Of a DNA stretch of 64,000 nt, positions 52,214-60,756 are shown in pieces (the first letter of the stretch is position 1; each line of letters opens with the position of its first letter). Both the position numbers and the translations under genes were made by a program. Location: assembly GCA_014800685.1 (NCBI GenBank), contig JAAVFQ010000015.1, forward strand, positions 15,767-79,766, given 5' to 3'. Under the pieces are notes generated by a model that was not told the DNA's origin, did no database searches, and was given only the letters and a program-made list of their open reading frames with translations. This DNA is from Bacteroidales bacterium (lineage in GTDB: Bacteria; Bacteroidota; Bacteroidia; Bacteroidales; Muribaculaceae).

Positions 52214-52435
52214 CTATTTGTCGTTTCTACAACTATACATTTTGTCATAACATTGCTGATAGGCGCCGGACGTGACTTCCTCAAGCCATTTCTCATTCTC
52301 AAGCACATTGCAGCAGAGTCAAAGTCCCGATGACATAAGATATTGCGGATACTTTCTCACCAAAAGACGGACAAGGTGGCTACCGATGAATCCGGCGCCA
52401 CCTGTCACTATTATTCTTTTCTTAAAGCTATTCAC
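52214..52435 (-). pseudogene. rfbB: Deleted relic of dTDP-glucose 4,6-dehydratase
   Basis: GTG overlapping the glnS TGA gives NSFKKRIIVTGGAGFIGSHLVRLLVRKYPQY; shifted frame gives VIGTLTLLQCA; then LENEKWLEEVTSGAYQQCYDKMY-stop. These match the RfbB N-terminus, middle and C-terminus in only 222 nt. Confidence 0.85.
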
Positions 52436-54138
52436 TTTTTTGAAACTTTAGCCCAGGTATCTCTCAGGCCAATGGTCTTATTAAACACGGGCTTGTCTGC
52501 CGTTGTGTCAGGATCGACTGTATAGTAGCCCAGGCGTTGGAATTGATAATGATCACCAGCCTTAAGTCTCTCTGCTAGCCAAGGTTCTATCATTACGTTT
52601 TCTCTGATTTTCAGAGAATCAGGATTGAGAAGGTCGCGGAAATCACCCTCTTCAGCGGAGGGGTTTTCCACTGAGAAGAGCCTGTCATAGTCGCGCACCT
52701 CAGCCTTGACAGCTGTGGGAACTGATACCCAATGGAGCGTACCCTTTACTTTTCTGTCAGCGCCGGGGAGTCCGCTTTTACTTTCGGGATCATATTCAGC
52801 ATATATCTCCTCTATTTCGCCATCCTCATTCTTCTTCACACCCGTGCATTTTATAATGTATGCACCTTTAAGTCTCACTTCTTTGTCCGGGGAGAGACGG
52901 AAGAATTTCTTAGGAGGATTCTCCATAAAGTCTTCGCGTTCTATCCAGAGTTCGCGTGTGAAAGGCATCTGGTGCTTACCCTCTTCGAGATTTTCAGGAT
53001 TGTTATCCATCTCCATCATTTCGGTCTTTCCCTCTGGATAGTTGGTCAGAATGAGTTTGACGGGGTTTTGCACAGCACTAACTCTGGTGGCATGCATGTT
53101 CAGATCCTCTCTGACAGCATGTTCGAGCAGCTCGATGTGATTAAGCGCTTCATAGCGGGTATATCCGATTTTGTCTATGAAATTTTTGATGGATTGAGGA
53201 GTATATCCGCGACGACGCAGACCTCGAAGTGTCGGCATGCGCGGATCGTCCCAGCCCTTCACCAGACCCTCTTTGACGAGCTGAAGCAGTTTACGCTTGC
53301 TCATCACGGTGTAAGTGAGGTTTAGACGATTAAACTCTATCTGTCTCGGACAATAGGAATCATCAGCCAGTTCCTTTACGAAATACTCATAAAGAGGACG
53401 ATGTGGCACGAATTCAAGTGTGCAGATAGAGTGGGTGACTCCCTCAAAATAATCGCTCTGGCCATGCGCATAATCATACATCGGATAAACTTTCCATTTA
53501 TCTCCAGTGCGCCAGTGAGGAGTCTTAATGATTCTATACATAATAGGGTCACGGAAATGCATATTGCTATGGCCCATATCAATTTTCGCTCTGAGCACCA
53601 TGCTACCCTCCTCAAACTCTCCTTTATTCATTCTTTCAAAGAGGTCAAGGTTTTCCTCTACGGGGCGATTTCTGAAAGGACTGTCTGTTCCGGGAGAGGT
53701 AGGAGTGCCTTTCTGAGCCGCTATCTCTTCGCTTGACTGCTCGTCGACGTATGCTTTACCCTCTTTTATCAGACGGATGGCAAGGTCATAGAGTTTCTGG
53801 AAATAGTCACTTGCATAATAAAGCCTGTCGCCCCAGTCAAATCCAAGCCAGTGAATATCCTCCATTATGGAATTTACATACTCCATATCCTCTTTCTGAG
53901 GATTAGTATCATCAAAACGAAGATTGCATGTGCCGCCGAATTTCTCAGCAGCTCCGAAATCCATAATGAACGCTTTGGCATGACCGATATGAAGATAGCC
54001 GTTGGGCTCAGGCGGAAATCTCGTGTTGAGACGTCCTCCATTCTTTCCGGCATCAAGGTCATTCTTTATCTCTTGTTCAACGAAGTTCAGACCGCCTTCG
54101 CTGACTATTTCTTCTTTAATTTCTGTCATCTTTTCCAC
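52432..54138 (-). CDS. glnS: Glutamine--tRNA ligase
   Basis: RFPPEPNGYLHIGH, RFDDTNP, YPMYD, HSICTLEF, MSKRKL, WDDPRMPT, QFQRLGY. Confidence 0.97.
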   Translation of the reverse strand: MEKMTEIKEEIVSEGGLNFVEQEIKNDLDAGKNGGRLNTRFPPEPNGYLHIGHAKAFIMDFGAAEKFGGTCNLRFDDTNPQKEDMEYVNSIMEDIHWLGFDWGDRLYYASDYFQKLYDLAIRLIKEGKAYVDEQSSEEIAAQKGTPTSPGTDSPFRNRPVEENLDLFERMNKGEFEEGSMVLRAKIDMGHSNMHFRDPIMYRIIKTPHWRTGDKWKVYPMYDYAHGQSDYFEGVTHSICTLEFVPHRPLYEYFVKELADDSYCPRQIEFNRLNLTYTVMSKRKLLQLVKEGLVKGWDDPRMPTLRGLRRRGYTPQSIKNFIDKIGYTRYEALNHIELLEHAVREDLNMHATRVSAVQNPVKLILTNYPEGKTEMMEMDNNPENLEEGKHQMPFTRELWIEREDFMENPPKKFFRLSPDKEVRLKGAYIIKCTGVKKNEDGEIEEIYAEYDPESKSGLPGADRKVKGTLHWVSVPTAVKAEVRDYDRLFSVENPSAEEGDFRDLLNPDSLKIRENVMIEPWLAERLKAGDHYQFQRLGYYTVDPDTTADKPVFNKTIGLRDTWAKVSKK

Positions 54139-54201
54139 CTTATGTTTTTAAAGACCCCAAGAATGAAGTCCAACGTGTCTAAAAGAGAAAATTTAATATT
54201 G

Positions 54202-54233
54202 CAAAGTTACTAAATTCTTCATACAATAGCAAA
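54202..54233 (-). promoter_or_regulatory. Promoter for glnS
   Basis: TTTG (54233-54230) - 20 nt - TAACTTTG (54209-54202). Confidence 0.8.
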
Positions 54234-54244
54234 TTTAAGATAGG

Positions 54245-55066
54245 CTAATCGCCACTCTCTTCGGCTAGTTTTCTATACTCCGCGCTCTTTGTTGAGTTCT
54301 TTATCTGGCCACACTTGCCATTCTCAAGAATATCTGCCATAAGGAGACAGCAGCTGGAATTACCGGCATCAGCATGTTCTTTCAGATAATTGTATGCTTT
54401 TATGCTTCCTGCTTCGGCGGCCTTCAGCAAATAGTCAAGCCCTTTTTCTTCATTTTTTTCTGTCACGACACCTTCGAAACAATAGCGCCCCACAGTGAAG
54501 AGAGAGTATCTATGACCCTGCTGAGCTGCCATCTCGGAATATTTATAAGATTTTTCAGGATCTGCAGCCAACCCATATTCCTTCATGCCATTTTCGTAGA
54601 AAAATCCAAGATTTGCTTGAGCTGTGACACACCCTTTTTCAGCCGATTTTGTCAGATAATCAAGTCCTTTAGTGACATTTCTTGCGATTCCTCCCTCTGC
54701 ATCGAGATAAATTATGCCGAGACTGCACATTGCATCCACATTATTCATCCCCTCTGCAATCTGATAATAACCGATGGCGCGAGCCACATCGATCTTCTCC
54801 CAATACTCTCCCTTGCGATAAATATCGCCGAGCAGTAAGGCTGCCGATGAGTTATATGTAGCTATTTTATCCAGGCATTTAATCGCCTTCTTAGTATCGG
54901 AACTTAAAATGGGTAACAGCTTCTCGACATACTCGTAGGAAGACAATCGGGCTGTCTCGTCCGACATGGGTATTTCACCCAATACGTTTGAGCGGACGCC
55001 TATGGCTCCGACCAGGCTGAGTTGCAATAGGATAATTGCACAAATCAATCGTCTGCCTATTACCAT
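54245..55066 (-). CDS. Secreted Sel1-like repeat protein
   Basis: Hydrophobic signal; repeats such as AMCSLGIIY..GIARNVTKGLDYLTKSAEKG and AQANLGFFYENG..AAQQG; 7-nt overlap with the upstream kinase. Confidence 0.9.
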   Translation of the reverse strand: MVIGRRLICAIILLQLSLVGAIGVRSNVLGEIPMSDETARLSSYEYVEKLLPILSSDTKKAIKCLDKIATYNSSAALLLGDIYRKGEYWEKIDVARAIGYYQIAEGMNNVDAMCSLGIIYLDAEGGIARNVTKGLDYLTKSAEKGCVTAQANLGFFYENGMKEYGLAADPEKSYKYSEMAAQQGHRYSLFTVGRYCFEGVVTEKNEEKGLDYLLKAAEAGSIKAYNYLKEHADAGNSSCCLLMADILENGKCGQIKNSTKSAEYRKLAEESGD

Positions 55067-56925
55067 GGTATCTCCTTTCCTGATTTTTCATACCATTTGC
55101 CACCCTCTTTGTAGCCCTCTCCATTCTTGAATTTACCCACATAGTAGGAGCCATCCTCCTTTATGGTATAGCGTCCGTTTTCATACTCGTTATTGAGCCA
55201 TGTACCCTCAAAGGTATCTCCGTTGGGAAGAGTGTAATGAGATTCTCCGGTCATGTTTCCATCTTTCCATTCACCATCATACACAGAGCCGTTAGGGAAT
55301 TTTGCCACGCCTTTTCCATTAGGGATATTTTCTGGATTAACCTCTCCGGTATACTTAACTTCACCAAGAACAGTCTTATAGTCCATATCCTCTACCGAGA
55401 CGGGCAGCGAGATTTCTGTCTGCTCCATGGCCTCTTTTTTCTCATCAGAAGAGTCTCCCCCCGAAATAAAGAATACTCCCGCACCGACAATTATCAGACC
55501 GATGACAAGCCCGATAATTATGGGCAAGTTACTCTTCTTTGCAGGTACCTCTATCTGAATATCCGGAATATTCTTCTCAACATCCTTTTGAGAAGAATAA
55601 TTCTCTTTGGGAGTCTGCATGACCTGTTCAGATTCAGATGGAGAGGTCAGCTTAACTTCTTTCCGAGCATTTTTATTCTCAGCCTTTCTTCCGGATTCCG
55701 CCTTTTTCTTTGAATCATTCTTCTCCTTTGGAGAGGGGATACCTTCCACAATATTATCGGAAATAGAGGATGCTTTTTCCGCAGCAGGCTGCACACTCTT
55801 TTTCACTGGAGAGGGGTGTGCATCATCCGGACCGATTTTCACCTCCGGACTCTCTTCTTCTTGCGGTATTTCAGTCTCTGCGACAGCTCCATTCTCTATA
55901 TCTGCATTCTCGCTATTCACCGGAGTAGATTCTTCCACACTTACCTCCGGATTTGATTCTGCCGGAATAGCCGATACAACTTCAACCACTTGAGCCTGCG
56001 GCTTTCCTTCTATTATAACTTCCTCGCTGTCATCGTTTTTTATAGCGAGAAGCATCTCTTGCATAGTCTGATAACGATTGCGTATCAGTGCAGACATAGC
56101 CTTGATAACGATTGCCTTCAGCCGGTCAGAGACTCCCGCTGCACTGAGTTTTTCCGCAGGATCCTCTATGCCATTAAGTATCAACGAGGCTTCAGGCGGA
56201 CGCAGGCCGGTAAGCATTTTAAACATTGTGGCTCCAAGCGCGTAAACATCCATTGTAACAGGGATGCCATTCCCCACACGATAATTCGATTGTTCCACAG
56301 GGGCATATCCCGGAGTTCCCGCTCCAATTTTAGTGCTTGCCTCAGGCTCTCCGCCCTCATCGAAATGCTTTGACAGTCCGAAGTCGATAAGCACAGGATT
56401 CATGTCTTCAGTCAGCATGACATTACTTGGCTTAATGTCAAGATGAAGCATTCCTTTACTATGAAGGGCACTCAATGCTGAAGCCAACTTGATGCTCAGG
56501 CTGATAACTTCATTTTCAGGCAGCCTTCCTCTCTTTTTAATATAATCGTCAAGGGAGCCCCCCTCTATGTATTGCATAGCATAATATACGGTGCCGTTAG
56601 CCTCAAAGACTTCCATCACATTTATGATGTTTTCGTGATTTACTTCTCCAAGATTGAGCGCTTCTCTGACAAATTTCTTCCGATAATCCTGCACCATTCC
56701 CATCTTATTCCCACTTGTGACCTGCGAGCCTTCACGCCCATTTATGTCACTCATGTAGAATTCCTTGAGGGCGACTTTGGAAGTAATGGCACCGAGTTCG
56801 CCCTGAAGAGTAATGGTAGCTTGATAGGTGATACCGAAAGAACCACGCCCAAGTACTTTTTTTATAGTGTAAGAATAGCGACTTCCCTGAAGAACAGTCC
56901 CGGGAGCCAATATGTCATTATTCAT
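55060..56925 (-). CDS. Hanks-type Ser/Thr kinase - acidic linker - TM - MORN repeats
   Basis: LGRGSFG, VALKE, HLDIKPSN, DFG, GTPGYAPVEQ, DVYALG; TM IIIGLVIGLIIVGAGVFFI; YDGEWKDG, FEGTWLNN and YVGKFKNG MORN repeats. Confidence 0.93.
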   Translation of the reverse strand: MNNDILAPGTVLQGSRYSYTIKKVLGRGSFGITYQATITLQGELGAITSKVALKEFYMSDINGREGSQVTSGNKMGMVQDYRKKFVREALNLGEVNHENIINVMEVFEANGTVYYAMQYIEGGSLDDYIKKRGRLPENEVISLSIKLASALSALHSKGMLHLDIKPSNVMLTEDMNPVLIDFGLSKHFDEGGEPEASTKIGAGTPGYAPVEQSNYRVGNGIPVTMDVYALGATMFKMLTGLRPPEASLILNGIEDPAEKLSAAGVSDRLKAIVIKAMSALIRNRYQTMQEMLLAIKNDDSEEVIIEGKPQAQVVEVVSAIPAESNPEVSVEESTPVNSENADIENGAVAETEIPQEEESPEVKIGPDDAHPSPVKKSVQPAAEKASSISDNIVEGIPSPKEKNDSKKKAESGRKAENKNARKEVKLTSPSESEQVMQTPKENYSSQKDVEKNIPDIQIEVPAKKSNLPIIIGLVIGLIIVGAGVFFISGGDSSDEKKEAMEQTEISLPVSVEDMDYKTVLGEVKYTGEVNPENIPNGKGVAKFPNGSVYDGEWKDGNMTGESHYTLPNGDTFEGTWLNNEYENGRYTIKEDGSYYVGKFKNGEGYKEGGKWYEKSGKEIPW

Positions 56926-56992
56926 TCTAAATATTACTTAATTTTACTTTTTTACTCTCCACTCATTCTGAGACTTGTGGAAACCTCATTAC

Positions 56993-57547
56993 TCATTTCC
57001 CGGACACGAATACTATTTCTTTAATTTGCTGGTCAGGGCCGGCGTATGTGCCACGGAATGAGCCGTCACTCATTTTATTAAGCTCAATCCTGTCTGAAGT
57101 GGCTCTGCCTCTTATGCTGATATGATTGCCGGAGGAGGTGCCTTTCATTTTTATAGAGGCTATACGCGTGTTCCATACGCCTTTCACATTCTCTCCCTCT
57201 ATCTCCAGATGAAGAGTGGTCTTGTGGCCGTTCTCCACAGATTCAACGAGCACAAGAGAAGAGGGAAGGGATGAGGGGATAACCTCAGCTGTGGTATTTA
57301 TTTCAGATTCAACTGCCTCGGATGCAGAAGAATTGCTATATCGCCAATACAGATATCCACATAGCGTAACCATTATTAATCCTGCCACGGCTAAAATTAT
57401 CACGATAGCCGTTGATTTCTTACGGCTTTTAACCACTTTCGGCTCAAGATCTAATGCTGACTGAAAATCTTCTTTGACCATTGAGTCAGACATCTCATCT
57501 TTTTGCGCAGGAAGATAATCTCTATCATTATCATTATTTATACTCAT
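56993..57547 (-). CDS. Single-pass membrane protein with small C-terminal beta domain, function unknown
   Basis: Acidic N-terminus, KSRKK then TM AIVIILAVAGLIMVTLCGYLYW, S/T-rich linker. Confidence 0.75.
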   Translation of the reverse strand: MSINNDNDRDYLPAQKDEMSDSMVKEDFQSALDLEPKVVKSRKKSTAIVIILAVAGLIMVTLCGYLYWRYSNSSASEAVESEINTTAEVIPSSLPSSLVLVESVENGHKTTLHLEIEGENVKGVWNTRIASIKMKGTSSGNHISIRGRATSDRIELNKMSDGSFRGTYAGPDQQIKEIVFVSGK

Positions 57548-57634
57548 ATCCTGTTATTTTGAAGCAAGTTTACTATCAAAGACATATAGAAGAATCCCAT
57601 CGGAATATTTCCAATCTGATTGAGACAGCTCCAA

Positions 57635-59002
57635 TCAGTCTGCTTCCAGAACTACACATTCCACCGGAGTACGGAAAAGTTCTCTTATCCAACCCGTATA
57701 GAAATCAGTGGCTATCATCACTCCTATGATAGCTATGATTAATCCAATCAGCAAGAAGGCCAAAGTGCGATTCTTTTTTGAAGTGTCCTTTCCTGTCACG
57801 TTATAACTCTGAGCAGGAAACGCTGGCATTTCTTCTACTCGCGTTCTTTCATCTGACTGATAACCTGCAGCAGGCATTATATCTAACGATGTATTCTCAA
57901 GATCAACTGTAGTTCTCTCATCTTGAAATCCTCCTGATGCTGAAACCACCTCAAGACTGGTGGCCTCGTCTTCCTGATAGTCTATGGCTGTAGCCTCCTC
58001 ATTTATCATTTCCGGAATCGGCTGAGAGGGCATCACAGTCTCTACCGGAATAACTTCTGCAGACTCTGCAACCGGTTCCGGCTTATCACTCTCTCCATCA
58101 AGAGCTATCTTTATTGCTTTCTCCAAATGTGCAGCTGACTGATATCTGTCTTTCCACAGAGGCTGCATAGCTTTAGTCACTATCTCTATCGTGGGCCTAC
58201 TGACTCCCGCAGCTGCCAATTCATCTTCAGAAAAACCATAATTAAATATTTCCGGCGCGGAAGGGGGCACTTTGCCGGTCAGCATATTATATAGTGTAGC
58301 GCCAAGGGCGTAAATATCCATTGTCTTGGGCACCCCGAATCCGGCATGATAAGATGTCTGCTCCATAGGCACATATCCGGACTCTCCATTACCGAGACCC
58401 ACGATTGTGTCAGGCTCACCTTTTTCATCAAAATGCTTGGCTAATCCAAAATCAATGAGTACAGGCACCTTTCCGCTATTCATGAGAATATTATCGGGTC
58501 TGACGTCAAGATGAAGCAGTCCGTGAGAATGCAGTTCATCAAGCGCTCCGGCCAGCATTATTGTAATCTCCAGCGCCTCCTTTTCCGGGATGCGCCCTTT
58601 AGTCTTGATAATATCGGCCAAGCTCTCTCCACTAATATATGACATGGAATAGTAAGCAGTATCATTAGCTTCAAATCCCTCATATACGTTTATGAGATTG
58701 TTGTGTGAGATGGAGTGCAGATTCTGAGCCTCTCTTTTAAACTTGCGGTAAAGCTGGTCAAAGAGTTCTTTATTGCTGAAAACGGAGACAGTAGAGTCTT
58801 TTCGATCATTGCATTCAGCCACAAATAGCTCTTTGAGTGCGACCTGCATATTTGTTCTCTCACCGGCCTCGTTAATGATGTCGGCGAGATAAGTAATTCC
58901 GTATGATCCAAGTCCAAGAACCTTCAGTATGCGATATCTGAAATTTACACCCTTGAGAACGGAACCCTCCTTGAGGGCTTCTTTTATGTTGTTTTTTATC
59001 AT
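57635..59002 (-). CDS. Hanks-type protein kinase with C-terminal TM anchor (variant catalytic loop)
   Basis: LGLGSYG, VALKE, HLDVRPDN, DFG, GESGYVPMEQ, DIYALG; TM LAFLLIGLIIAIIGVMIA; short tail. Confidence 0.92.
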   Translation of the reverse strand: MIKNNIKEALKEGSVLKGVNFRYRILKVLGLGSYGITYLADIINEAGERTNMQVALKELFVAECNDRKDSTVSVFSNKELFDQLYRKFKREAQNLHSISHNNLINVYEGFEANDTAYYSMSYISGESLADIIKTKGRIPEKEALEITIMLAGALDELHSHGLLHLDVRPDNILMNSGKVPVLIDFGLAKHFDEKGEPDTIVGLGNGESGYVPMEQTSYHAGFGVPKTMDIYALGATLYNMLTGKVPPSAPEIFNYGFSEDELAAAGVSRPTIEIVTKAMQPLWKDRYQSAAHLEKAIKIALDGESDKPEPVAESAEVIPVETVMPSQPIPEMINEEATAIDYQEDEATSLEVVSASGGFQDERTTVDLENTSLDIMPAAGYQSDERTRVEEMPAFPAQSYNVTGKDTSKKNRTLAFLLIGLIIAIIGVMIATDFYTGWIRELFRTPVECVVLEAD

Positions 59003-59057
59003 TGCTATCTATGCTGCTCTTTATTTGACCATTAATTTATCTTCGAGCCTCCGAGAA

Positions 59058-60686
59058 TTATTCTCCTGTATTTTCCGAGTTTTCTGAAGCGGACTGCGGG
59101 GCTACCGGTTCTCGTGATTCCACGTTAGTCGGTGAGACTTCCTTTGCGGATGTTTTTAGCTCTTCGGAATTCTGATTCTTATGCGCATTTTCATCTTTAT
59201 GAGATTCCTCCAAATTCTCCTTTTTCTCTTCTCTGCGGACGCGTGAATCATTCTCCGGAGCTTTTGATTCTTCCGGAACTATAGTGGCAGCCGAAGGTGT
59301 CATGGAGGATGAATCCTGCGCTGAGGGGATTACGATTTCGGTAGTATCGCCCAACTCTTCCCGATTTTCTATCGTTTCCTCAGAGCGGGAAAGCAGGAAG
59401 AAATATAATATCAAACCACACGCTATAATAAGAATGGCAGCCATAACGTAAACGGCCACATGGAGATGTCTTTTTTTCTGACTATTACTGATTCTTTCCT
59501 CCTCAAGAACTTCACTTTCGAGAACATAATCATCTGCAGAGTTGTCCGAAGCAGTATCAAAGACTATCTTTTCCGGCTTATTTTCAGTGGGCGATAAGGA
59601 AGTATCAGCCTCGGTTGCCGGAGGCGTAATCACATTTTGAGGATCCGGAATACTCCTTTCTTCTGTCATATTTTCCGAAGTATTCTCTACTTTCTCCACT
59701 ATGGCAGAGCTTGAGACGACCGGAGGCTTAACACTTTCAGTTATAGGGATGACGTCTGATTTTTCCGTGACAGAAGAGCTATCATGTTGCTTTTCATCGA
59801 CTTCCACATCGACGGTATTATTCGCTTTTTGATGGGGAAGAGAATAAAGTTGCCTCATAATGGCATCCTGCATCTCCATTAAGGCATGAAATCTCTTCGT
59901 TACGGAAGGAGACATGGCTTTCTCTATAATAGAAATTGTCTCGCCACTGACTCCGGCTGCTTTCAGAGGCCCTGCCGGGAAACCGAAATTAAGAATTTTA
60001 GCAGCATCAGCAGGAGTTTCGCCGGTGAGCATCGCATACATTACGGCGCCGAGACCATATTCGTCTATTGCGACGCCACTCCCCATGCCTTTTCTGTAGT
60101 ATGCTCTCTCGATAGATGAATATCCGGGAGTCAGGAAAAGGGGAGAGGCGCTTCCATCTTCCTTAGTATCTCCGACAACGAATCCAAAGCCGGCTATAAC
60201 CGGTATGTTATCTTTGGTGAGGATGATATTATCGGGTGTAACGTCAAGCAGAGAAATACCTCTTGAATGAAGATAGTCAAGAGAACTGCAAAGAGCAGTT
60301 GCAATTCTCAGTGTATCTGATTCTGAAAATCGGCCTCTTTCTCTTATGCATTCAGCAAGAGTATTACCCTCGATATAGTCAGAAACGTAAAATATCACAC
60401 CGTTCTCCTCAAACGATTCCTTAATCGTCTGAATATTGGCGTTTCTCAGATTTAATAGAGCAAAGATCTGACGGACATAATCGTCATGAATATTAGAATC
60501 ACCCTCTCGGGTCAGGACAAACTCCTGGAGAGCCACGAATTCACCGGTGCTTTCATCGCTGATAGTAAGCACTTCTGCGAGATAAACATTAGTATGCGGC
60601 GACTTTCTCAATAAGCGGATTATCCTGTAATTTTTGCCGCGGCCCTTCACTATCATTCCGTCGGCGAGCCGAATATTGTTTGTCAT
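59058..60686 (-). CDS. Membrane-anchored pseudokinase (Hanks fold, catalytic motifs degenerate)
   Basis: No Gly loop (RKSPHT), VALQE, LLDVTPDN, AGFG; retains GYSSIE, DEYGLG, MLTGETP; TM near residue 410. Confidence 0.85.
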   Translation of the reverse strand: MTNNIRLADGMIVKGRGKNYRIIRLLRKSPHTNVYLAEVLTISDESTGEFVALQEFVLTREGDSNIHDDYVRQIFALLNLRNANIQTIKESFEENGVIFYVSDYIEGNTLAECIRERGRFSESDTLRIATALCSSLDYLHSRGISLLDVTPDNIILTKDNIPVIAGFGFVVGDTKEDGSASPLFLTPGYSSIERAYYRKGMGSGVAIDEYGLGAVMYAMLTGETPADAAKILNFGFPAGPLKAAGVSGETISIIEKAMSPSVTKRFHALMEMQDAIMRQLYSLPHQKANNTVDVEVDEKQHDSSSVTEKSDVIPITESVKPPVVSSSAIVEKVENTSENMTEERSIPDPQNVITPPATEADTSLSPTENKPEKIVFDTASDNSADDYVLESEVLEEERISNSQKKRHLHVAVYVMAAILIIACGLILYFFLLSRSEETIENREELGDTTEIVIPSAQDSSSMTPSAATIVPEESKAPENDSRVRREEKKENLEESHKDENAHKNQNSEELKTSAKEVSPTNVESREPVAPQSASENSENTGE

Positions 60687-60756
60687 TTATAATTGCATTC
60701 TAAAAAATTAAACGATATTATTCCGGACTAAACATCCTAAATAGCATCACAGTAAT

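Noticed and set aside
54139-54260. Mobile-element boundary at the left end of the kinase cluster
   Set aside because: No tRNA, att-like repeat, integrase or transposase seen; the glnS promoter directly follows the Sel1 stop
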